Positions 40,301-50,242 of a stretch of 64,000 nt of DNA are shown piece by piece. Positions within the stretch are counted from its first letter, which is position 1. Every line of letters starts with the position of its first letter. A program made the translations under genes and the position numbers. Source of the DNA: Oikopleura dioica (taxonomy: Eukaryota > Animalia > Chordata); NCBI GenBank assembly GCA_907165135.1, contig OU015566.1, positions 10,168,001 to 10,232,000 on the forward strand, read 5' to 3'. The notes beneath the pieces are model-generated. The model saw only the letters and a list, made by a program, of their open reading frames with translations. It did not search any database and was not told the DNA's origin.

Positions 40301-43300
40301 CCAGATTCAAAATGGCAGATAGCGTAAGCGTCGCATTCATTATTATCAAGGCAAGCTTCGCCACTGAGACAAGTTATTCCGTCACCAAGGAAATCTTCTC
40401 TACAGGTGCATTCAAAAGATCCTTCAGTGTTTGTACAGTCAGCATTTTCCGAGCAAGTGGAGATTCCAGCCTCACATTCATCAATGTCAACGAAATTAGC
40501 ACCAAGTTTCTTGAATCCCGCATTAGCAGTGCAGAAATACGATCCGATAGTGTCAGTACAGTATGAGTTCGCTCCACAAATGTCTACGATATCACATTCA
40601 TTGAGATTCACACAGTCGTATCCAATGTTTCCATCAGTTGAGACATCAACAAAACCAGTCAGACATTTGCACTCGTAATCACCGAATCGATTCATGCAAG
40701 TAGCGCTTACTGAGCATTCGTTTTCTTGCATGCACTCATTGATATCGTTGCAAGATTTTCCGTCGCCGAAAAAGCCAGATGGACATTCGCAGGTATAAGA
40801 TCCTTTTGTATTTGAGCAAGTTGCAATAGAATGGCAGTCGTTCTCTTCGTCACACTCGTTTATATCAAAGCATTTTCCTTGTGCGGTTTCTCGGAAGCCA
40901 ACTTTACAGGAACAACTGTACGATCCGAAACTATTCTGACAGTTGCTGTTTTCAGGACATGAATCGCTATTGAGACACTCATCAACATCAGAACAAGTGA
41001 ATCCGTTTCCATTGAACCCATCTCTACAAGTGCAATCATATGAGCCGTCAAGATTTGAACACTGAGCATTGGTATGACAACTATCTATGCCCATAATACA
41101 TTCGTCGATATCTTCACACTCGTACTCACTTTTCTTCGAGTATCCAGATTTGCAGTTGCAAACGTATGTTCCTGGCTGGTTGACACAATCAGCTGATGTC
41201 GGGCACTGTGATGATCCGTTTTCACACTCGTTGACATCATTGCATGTCATGCCGTCTCCAGAGTAACCGTCATTACAACTGCAGTTGTAGCTTCCATCGG
41301 TATTAGAACACTCTGCATTGCGGCTGCAAGGTTGCAAGAGGCATTCATTAATGTCTGAGCAGACGATTCCACTTCCACTGTAGCCACTGTTGCAAGAGCA
41401 AGAATACGATCCAATAGTATTCGCGCAAGACGCATTCTGATCGCAAGGATCATCTTGGCATTCATCAACATCGTTACAAGAAAATCCATCTCCGGTGTAT
41501 CCATTCAAGCAAGAACATTCGAATGAGCCAACTGTATCCTGACAACTTGCTCTCAAGTCGCAAGGAGATGCAAGACACTCATTGATATTGACGCAATTAC
41601 CGTTTTTCTTTTCATACCCGCTGTTGCAGTTACACAAATAAGAGCCCTCTGTGTCAATGCATTCTGAATTCGCCATGCATGGAGACGAAGAGCACTCATC
41701 AATATTTTCACAAGTGGATCCATCACCAGAGTAACCTTCTTTGCAAATGCAGGAGTAAGATCCGATAGTATTCGTGCATTGTGCATTTGACGAGCAGTTG
41801 TTTTCACCATTACATTCATTGACGTCCTGACAATTACCGTTCGAGTCAAAAGTGAAGCCATCTTTACAGACGCATCGAAAGCTTCCAATAACGTTGACAC
41901 AATTTTCATTTTCTGAACAAGTTGAAGTTCCGTCAGAACATTCATTAATGTCAGCACAGATTTCGCCTTCTTGAACGAAGCCTGGTTTGCAGTCACATCG
42001 GTATCCAATTGGCAGATCTATGCAATTTTGGCGGATTCCGCAGGTATTTTTGCTCGCATCTTTACATTCGTTGATCAAGACAAGTTCGCATTTTCTTCCA
42101 TTTCCCTTATAATTATCATCGCAAACACAAGTGTAGCCTCCGATCGTATTGTTGCAAGTGGCGTTTTCATCACACTGATTGGCGTTCTCATCAGCGCATT
42201 CGTCGATATCATCACAAACAGAACCGTCACCCTTGAATCCATTTTTGCAAGTGCATGAATATCCACCATTAGTGTTTTTGCAATTAGCATTCGCGTCACA
42301 TGTTCCAGGAAGTAGACATTCATCAATATCTTCGCAGATTTTGCCATCGCCGCGGAATCCCTCTTTGCACTTGCATTCATACGAGCCTTCTGTATTCATG
42401 CACCACGCGTTTCTTGAACATTGAGCCTTGCTTCTTCTTGATCTTGCTCCGAGGAAAAGATCCATCATAATTTCCATTGGGATTACTTCAAAGTTAGCGG
42501 CTTCACATTCATCGATGTCATTACATATTTGGCCGTCGCCTCTAAATCCTGGATTGCAATTGCATCTGAATCCACCGTTGGTGTCAGTGCAGGACGCATT
42601 TGCGTCACAAGGATCATCAAGGCACTCGTCGATGTTCTGACATTGACCATTTTCGTATTTGAAGCCTTCTTGGCAAATACAGTCAAATGAACCGATGGAA
42701 TTGATGCAGGTTGATTTCTTTGGGCAGATTTTGTTGAGAGAACATTCATTTACATCCTCACATGATTTTCCATCTCCGCTGTAGCCTGTATTACAATTGC
42801 ATTCAAAGGAGCCGACGAGATTTTGACAAGTTGCATTAGCATCGCAAGGGTCTTCAGCGCACTCGTCAACATCTTGACAAAGACCAGACTCGTTATATTC
42901 AAAGCCAGTCTTGCATGCGCATTCGTAGCTACCAACAGTGTTCGAGCAGTCTTCGTTCTCAATGCATGGATTTTGTTTGCATTCGTTTATATCCTCACAG
43001 ACTCCGTTTTTCTCTACATAGCCGGACATACATGAACAAATGAATGATCCGATTGTATTTCTACAATTTTGCATTGGCTTGCACGGATTACTAAGGCATT
43101 CGTTGATATCGGTGCACGTTTTGCCGTCTCCAGAATATCCATTCTTGCACGAGCAAATAAATGAGCCGATTGTATTGACGCAATCAGCGTTTTCACTGCA
43201 TAGCCCTTTCATACATTCGTTGATGTCCGTACAACTCTTCCCATCACCAGTAAATCCAGCGTTACAGGAACAGCTGGCGATTCCCGAGTCACCGTACATT

Positions 43301-45159
43301 TTGCGTTTGCATCACAGACATCTTTTGCTTCACATGGATCAACATCAGACGGTCCATAATCGTAGTCGTAAGCGGTATTGAATACATCAGGTGCGTCGTA
43401 ACTTTCCTGGACGTACTCGTCATATTCTGCCTTTTCTTTTGCCGTCATTGGTGTTGTGTGAGGCATATTACCACCAAAGTCAGCATCGTGTCCCTCATCA
43501 AAGCCAGCAAGTTTAGATTCCTCCTCAGGAGATCCGTAGTCATAATCATATGCCGAGTTAAAGACATCTGGCGCGTCATAGCTTTCTTGGACGTACGCGT
43601 CATATTCAGCCTTTTCTTTGGCAGTCATAGGGGTTGTATGTGGCATATTTCCGCCGAAATCAGCATGAGCACCCTCTTCGATTATAGAGTTACTAGCCTT
43701 TTGGCTTTAGTTGTTGTAGTTGTGGTTGTAGTTGTGGTAGTACTAGTAGTAGTAGAAGTTGTTGTAGTAGTTGTCGTGGTAGTACTTGTTGTAGTTGTTG
43801 TTGTTGTGGTTGTGGTACTTGTTGTAGTAGTGGTTGTCGATGTAGTAGTTGTCGATGTTGTTGCTGGAATTTCAGTCGTAGTTGGCTCTGGAGTTGTTGT
43901 AGTAGTTGTTGTTGTAGTTGTTGTTGTAGTTGTTGTAGTAGTTGTTGTAGGAGTTGTTGTCGTTGTTGTTGTCGTCGTTGTTGCCTTAGTTTTTGTTGTT
44001 TCTCTTTTTACATTTGATTCCATTTCCACGATATCCAGGATTACATTCACAAGCGAATTCATTTCCTTGTTTTATACAAGTAGCATTAGGACTGCAATTA
44101 TTTTCCCCTGAGTCACAAGGATGCTCTTTTTCAGCCTCAGTACAAGTGAAGCCATCTCCAGTGTAACCGTCTTTACAAGTGCATGAAAACGATCCTTCAG
44201 TATTCAAGCAATCTGCATTTCGATCGCAGGGTTTCTTTTTGCATTCATTTATATCTCTGCATTTCTTGCCCTCAAAGCCTTCTTTGCAGACACAAATATG
44301 ACCGCTGCCAGATTTCTCGCATTTCTCATTTTTCGGGTTGCAGTTATGGCTACCATCATCGCATGGATGAGCAGCTGGCTCAGAGGTATCGTATGATCCG
44401 TAATCGTTGTCGTAAGAATAATCGTAGTTGCCATACGAGGCAAAGTTCTCTTCATAATTTTCGTAATCATAATATGCAGCCATAACGGCATTGTACTCTT
44501 CATCAGTCTCTGGGTCAAATTCCACTGCGTAATCAGACATGTCAATTCCACTAACGTCGATTCCACCACCAAATTCACGTTTTGCAGCCTCCGTTGTTGT
44601 GGTATAAACAGTCGTGGTGCTAGTCGTGGTTGTTGTTGTAGTCGTTGTGGTCGTTGTAGTGGTCGTTGTAGTAGTTGTTGTGGTTGTAGTCGTTGTTGGA
44701 GCTTCTGTTGTTGTTGGCTCTGGGGTCGTTGTCCGTTGTGGAGCTTTGTTTTTCTTGTTCTTTCCCTTATTGCCGCCTTTATTCTTGTTTTTCTTTGACG
44801 GAGCGGGAGCGCTTTCCGGAGCAGAAGCAGGACTCTGAGGTCCGCCACTTCCCATTCCCCAAGCAGCTGCCCCCTTGAACTGATCACCAAGTTTCTCTTT
44901 CGCCATGGCCATCATCATCGCCATGAAATCGTCAGAGGGCTTGCTCATATCTTATAAGTGGTCTTTCTTTCCGTTTTAATAAATATTTAATAAAATAATA
45001 AAATTCATATTTTATTCACAGGAACTGTGTTTTGACCATTCCTGGTGTGAATGCATCAATTTTGTCTTTCGCTTTATCAGAGAAATCGCTGAGAATATCC
45101 TCTTGCGCATGGCTGAGCGCCGCCAGTAAAAGGATGATCCTGCTGGCTCTGGCCCTCAT
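22376..45159 (-). CDS. giant secreted EGF-array / mucin-like protein (~7,400 aa, ~150 mostly Ca-binding EGF modules, C-terminal Ly6/uPAR-like domain), interrupted by ~12 single-base frameshifts
   Basis: Signal peptide [18 protein letters not shown] at 45159. Successive ORFs (43986-44948, 39886-43299, 35639-39991, 32127-35312, 29600-31747, 27819-29894, 27019-28350, 24164-27040, 23529-24311) join mid-EGF with 1-nt shifts. DIDEC..C..C.NT.GSY.C.C..G consensus throughout; no TB domain and no TM seen. Module count is estimated from length (~41 aa per unit). Confidence 0.8.
22469..22925 (-). other. Ly6/uPAR (three-finger)-like cysteine domain at C-terminus of giant protein
   Basis: Spliced: SCWS|[69 protein letters not shown]. 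The terminal CCxxxxCN motif is present. Confidence 0.65.
23975..24022 (-). repeat. poly-Thr (ACN)n mucin-like tract
   Basis: About 16 consecutive Thr codons in ORF 23529-24311. Confidence 0.9.
43360..43680 (-). repeat. two-copy ~50-aa acidic/Tyr-rich tandem duplication
   Basis: [22 protein letters not shown](A/E)[13 protein letters not shown](S/T)AYDYDYG occurs twice. Confidence 0.9.
43705..43985 (-). repeat. Thr-rich mucin-like tract (~90 codons)
   Basis: (ACN)n with mixed third positions plus PEPTTTE, in ORF 43682-44062. Confidence 0.85.
44590..44735 (-). repeat. Thr-rich mucin-like tract
   Basis: [12 protein letters not shown](T)n in ORF 43986-44948. Confidence 0.9.
44951..45041 (-). 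other. non-canonical GA-AG intron after the signal-peptide exon of the giant gene
   Basis: CCA G|GAATGG...TAAG|AT ATG. The GT donors in this stretch give either the wrong phase or a stop. Confidence 0.7.
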
Positions 45160-45701
45160 GGCGTCAAGTCTTCTTCAGAAATAGCTCTCTACAGAAGAAA
45201 AAAGGTTGATTTTTCCTTCTAGCGCATCTAGTAAATCCCTAACAAGAGTATTCTCTACTCCCGTTGGCGCGAGAAAACACCAGCCAAGTTGACCAGAGAA
45301 GAAGACGAAAGTCGCTCAGTGCGCCAATTTAGCGAAAAGGTGTTTACGTGTTGATGGGAATTGTGGGTTTATGAATGCGACCACCGAATTTATCTTTCCA
45401 TTTGAGAGTCCTAAATAGAAGACTGACCTCGCGTGCAGAATTTTCGAGATTCACGTTTTTAAACAAACATTTATTGAACAGTTGATGCATTAAAACACAT
45501 CATCTGGCGGAAATAAACTTTCATTTTTTTCTTCAAAAATATGTTGTTTTCAGAAAATACCCGAACATGGGACCAGAAAGCTCCAGAAAAGACAATGAAG
45601 AAAAGAATAAGTGAGGTCATTATGTTCCGAAATCGCTTTACTAAATTATTAACACTCCTTTATACCTATTTTGCTCTTTTATTCTAGTCTAGGTGTTCAA
45701 G

Positions 45702-46289
45702 ATGATGATCTTTATTTCCTCCTTATTTGTTATGTTTTTGAAAGTCGTCTTTTTCATTTCTACCGCCGTTGCGAATCCAGCTGAAGATGCTTTCCGAATC
45801 ATTTATCCTGGAAACATGACTTGGTACAATGCAAGAGATTTATGCGAAAATCAAGAGGGAGCTAAACTTGCTATTTTCGATAATGAAGCTCTTACTTGCA
45901 AGTAAGAAAATAACTTCCTTTATTGGTGCTGGTTATTGCTGCTTTAGCATTTCAACGCCTTCAAAGACTACAAAGCCTGGACAGGCATTTATGATCAGAG
46001 CGAAAGTGACAACGCTGGACGAGTTTGGACATCATCGGATGGTCAATCTCCTGGCTACATCAAATGGGGAGATGGGCAGCCCAGAAGTCGACACAATTTC
46101 GTTTGCGTTTCTTACGAGTCTGGCATTGATTTTCAAGACCGCCACTGCGCTTCAAAATTCACTCCATTATGCAGATATTACAAGCATTACCCGAAATATG
46201 AAAGTATCAACAATTTCACGCCGTCTTATCACACTGGGCCAGCGATAGATGATTATAGCAGGAAAGGGATGAATATAAAAGAAAATTAA
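45702..46289 (+). CDS. secreted C-type lectin 1 (apparent 1-nt deletion near 45890)
   Basis: Hydrophobic leader; MTWYNARDLC..GAKLAIFD; AWTGIYD..WGDGQP..CVSY..FQDRHC..PLC. Confidence 0.75.
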
Positions 46290-46516
46290 TATTATATAAG
46301 AGAAACTCAATTGTCGTCATTGGAGAATGTCAGCAAAAGAACTATATTTTTTCTATTGACTTGATGAAAAATTAAAATTCTTATGTCACATAAGTTATGT
46401 GTCTATGGAATTTCTTCTTTTGAAATTTTAATGTTCTTCTACATCTGTACTTTTGTCTCGAGATAACCCGCTTGAAGAGATAAGTGAAGCTTCAAGAGAA
46501 TAAAAGTCAGATTAGA

Positions 46517-47959
46517 ATGATATTTTTCTTGTTTTTCTGAGATTCGTAGACTCAAATCAATCAGAAATTGTGTTCAAAGTTTTCGATGAGATTTCAAAAT
46601 TAAATTGGTTTGAAGCGAGAGATTTTTGCGTTGATTATGGAGCTGTACTCGCTACTTTTGATGATGCTCTTCAGTATCAAGCGGTAAAAGGATGAGATAC
46701 GATTAACGACATTAGTAGGAAATCACTAATAATTGAGCTTTTTTCTAGCTTAGTAGGGTGGGACTATAAACGTAGAATGAAGCTGGGGATTTTTGACTAT
46801 TGATAGTCGGGGTGAACAACCCTGAGGGCATTTAGATACCTCGAAGTCCCAAAATCTGCCAACTGAAATTGTAATTTTGAAGCCCAACTAAGCTTTTAGA
46901 GGCTGCCCACCAGTCTAGAGTAGCCCAGGCTCTGGCGGTTTGTGTGAGCCAAGAAAGTAGTGAGGGGATGATCTGGGGAGCTAGGAGCTCGAAGTTTGGG
47001 ATCTCGACCATTAGGTACTTTTTCACAAAAAGTACACGATGTGTATCAAAAATGCCTCCCAAAGACTTTCTGAGGATGTTTCTTCATTAAAAATGTTCTG
47101 AAATCATTTGAGGTCATCTGAGGTCAGATCGGGTCACTTATCACTTTTTTCAATTTATCACAATTTTTGACCTCGAATGACCTCAAATGACCCCAAATGA
47201 TTTCAGATACATTTTTTAATGAAGAAACATCCTTCTTTGGGAGGCATTTTGATCACATCGTGTACTTTTCTACACAATTGGTCGAGATCCCAAACTTCAA
47301 GAGCTCCTAGCTCCCCAGATGCATCTCACTTTTCTTGAGCTCAAATGAGCCAAATCTAGACTAGTGGGCAGCCTAAAAGCTTAGTTAGGGCTTCAAAATT
47401 ACAATTTCGAAGTTGGCCAGATTTTGGGACGTCGGAGGTATCTAAATGCCCTCAGGGTACGAGATCACCCCGACTATCAATAGTCAAAATGATCCCCAGC
47501 TTCTGGGGATTCTAAAACTGTATTATAGTCCCACCCTACTAAGCTAGAAAAAGCTCAATTATTAGTGATTTCCTAGACATTAGGTTTTTAGAAGCGAAGT
47601 ATTTTCGAAAATTATAATGTGTGGCTTGGGATTTATGACAAAAATGAAGGAAGCAACGCGAATCGTCTTTGGAGGGCCTCAGATGACACTGATCCTGGGT
47701 ATTTCAACTGGGGTGCAGGCCAACCATCAAGTCCTTATAATCAAGTTTGTGTGAGCCACGAGCCTGGTGAGACAATGATCATGCAGGATCGACCGTGTGG
47801 AGACCATGCTACTTTTTAAAAAAGTTTCCTCTTTGCCGTTTTCTTGGACATTATCCAGCTTATGATACTATTCAAGATTATGTGCCGGATCATTATCCTT
47901 ACACTTCTTTGTTTTCTAGCGAAGATTATTCTAGGACAGGGATGATAATGATTTTCTAG
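46517..47959 (+). CDS. secreted C-type lectin 2 (intron expanded by a MITE; apparent 1-nt deletions near 46525 and 47815)
   Basis: LNWFEARDFCVDYGAVLATFD|..VWLGIYD..FNWGAGQP..CVSH..MQDRPC..FPLC. The tail HYPAY..EDYSRTGM is homologous to lectin 1 HYPKY..DDYSRKGM. Confidence 0.75.
46716..47575. mobile_element. 860-bp foldback MITE, hAT-like (8-bp TSD GACATTAG)
   Basis: Termini TAGGAAATCACTAATAATTGAGC / GCTCAATTATTAGTGATTTCCTA. The arms are imperfect inverted repeats over nearly the whole length. GACATTAG occurs at 46708-46715 and 47576-47583; there is no transposase ORF. Confidence 0.92.
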
Positions 47960-48424
47960 CATTTTTAAAATTTTCAGACATTCACCAACTATTCTATTCA
48001 ATTAAAGAACACCAGGGGTGCATCTGTTTCTTGTCGCAAATAACAAGCTCAACAACAATGGAAATGAACTTTCAGTGTCTTTCAGAGGGATTCCTTCTTC
48101 TTTGTATTTCTGCTGACAAGTGGTATAAAAGGATGACTTGATAATAATGAAGACGGTAAGACGCGTGGGAACGCCATAAGACGAAGGTTTTGCTATCTGT
48201 TTTTGAGTTTGAACTTGAGTTTGCCTTTCCTTCGAATCGATAAATTTATTGGAGAGATTTTCGCAGAGACTAATACGAGTAAATATTGAACAGATTATTG
48301 GTGAGTGAGTGAGTCGACCTTCTGGCTAAAAACGCCCGCTTATTTTTACGAGAGGAGCTTTTGTTATTTTCAGAAGAGCCTTTTCTGTAAAGGAAAACGC
48401 TTCAGCATTCATTCAGAGGAAAAA

Positions 48425-49107
48425 ATGGGCTACAACGAGTTGATTAACGAGTGTTCTCCGCACGACGCCATGGGACAGCCGCCTGGTAACTAATTTAGTA
48501 AACTTTCAATGCTGACTTTTGTTCGTAAGCTTATCAAACAGCCCCTTCTACTCCTGAGTTCAATCCAGCTCCCGTGGTTCAAGTCACTCAACCGAGGTCT
48601 TTTGCGACCGACCAACAGTTGCTCGATGTTGGATCACCTCTGAAAAAGTTCAAAAGATTCTCTACTTTATTTGTAAAAATTTATCGAACACTTTTTGAAC
48701 TTGAAAAAGATGGGGAGCGGAAAGTGGAAAGTCGGATTGGTTGAATCCTGCTTCTCCTTGGAATGCTGCAAAGCTTACTGGTAAGCAAAGAAACATTCAC
48801 AGCTGAAACTAATTATTTATTCGAAAAGGTGTCCTTGCTGCAGCTTGGCAGATACCTCCCGCGAATTGGGACTCGATTACGATCGAACCTTCTGGTTTAC
48901 TTTCTTCTGCTGGCATGGTAAGATCCTTCATTTTCGGGAACTCGAAGATTGACTGCTTGTTTAGCCATGTTCCCAATCGCCTTCCAGCACCGAGAGTTGA
49001 TCCGCCAACGGCACGGAATCATCGGCTCTGGCTGTGATGACTTCTGCACCTTGTTATGGTGCGCACAGTGCGTCCTCGCTCAGCACCATCTCCACATGAA
49101 GAAATGA
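48425..49107 (+). CDS. PLAC8/cornifelin-family Cys-rich protein
   Basis: WKVGLVESCFSLECCKAYW|CPCCSLA..HRELIRQRHGIIGSGCDDFCTLLWCAQCVLAQ; stop at 49105-49107. One intron donor is uncertain. Confidence 0.85.
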
Positions 49108-50242
49108 AGAAGAGGGCAAACATGTTTTGACTGTTCTTTCCTGTTCTTTAGAAAGCAAATAGATATCCGAATACAGAACAAAGAGTAGATACCGAAATTT
49201 AAATTGATTTTCGTCTTTCAAAGGCAATATCCATTTCTGTAAACCAAAACGCGTATTTCACTTTAACGGCGCTAGAATTCCAAGTCGACAATAATCCAGG
49301 AAAGCGACTTAGAGCGAATCTGTGGTGGGACGAATTTAGATCTCGTCCAATCAGCGCGTCGCTTTTCTCTTTCGCTTCTCGCGTCGCGAAATAACGAAAT
49401 CTCACCGAAAACGAAATAGAGAAATTTTCCAAGTCCGGGCTGTTTTAACCACGGTAAGCATTCAGGCTCATGTTGAGCGGAGTATGAGCGAGTGGGAGGC
49501 GAATTTTTGAGTGGTCTCGGCTATTTTTGAGCTTTCGATGAAATTATATGGAAAATTCCCGAAAAAACGCAATACTCCGCGATTTTCCGATAACGTTTTA
49601 TAAAGAATCAGTTTTTACTAGTTATTAAGATTAATGCTAACGGTATTACTGTATTTTTCAAAGAAACAATCAGTCGAGCATACTTTACAAATTATCAATT
49701 CAATCATCATCGTTATTTCAGCTTGTTTATTTGACAAATATTTTAAAATTAACATGGAATTGACAGTTTTCTATGTTTCTAAATTCGAAAAATCTCATAG
49801 TAATTAGGATCAGCGCCTCCCACGTGCGGTTTTTTCATATCACATCATGTGATGCCCGTTTGTTGAAATTTTATCATCCTATTGTGAAATTCCTTTCTTC
49901 AGATAAGAACATGCGACGCGTTTACTGAACTAAAGAAGTACTGAAAATCAAGAATCCGGTCAAAACAGCCACGACTTCCCTTAATTCTTCAACATCGACT
50001 TTCTATCAACTCTCTCCTGTAATTTACCTTCCCTCCGACAAGCTCAACTTTAATAAGAAACAACAGACAACAAAAGAACCAACAACTGCTGCCCAACAAC
50101 TTTGCTTTTCTTCGTTTTTATTCAAATTTGCTGAAACATAATCAAACAACAAAACAACCCCGTGTATATTTGGACTCCCCAAATCAAAAAGCTCAACCCA
50201 AAAAACTACTAAAAAGGAAGAAGGCCCATCTAACCTTTCACC

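Noticed and set aside
23226-44009. Programmed ribosomal frameshifting or pseudogene status as the main explanation for the frame switches
   Set aside because: The shifts lack a shared heptamer or stimulatory structure, recur in unrelated neighbours (lectins, DLG1) and come with no nonsense substitutions. Homopolymer assembly error is more parsimonious.
24314-44885. Dozens of plus-strand and alternative-frame ORFs over the EGF array
   Set aside because: These are shadows of Cys/Asp/Gly-rich and Thr-repeat codon usage on the minus strand; they carry no independent motifs or splice logic.
22376-45159. Calling the giant gene fibrillin, LTBP or Notch
   Set aside because: No 8-Cys TB or hybrid domains, LNR, ankyrin repeats or TM were seen in the translated ORFs.
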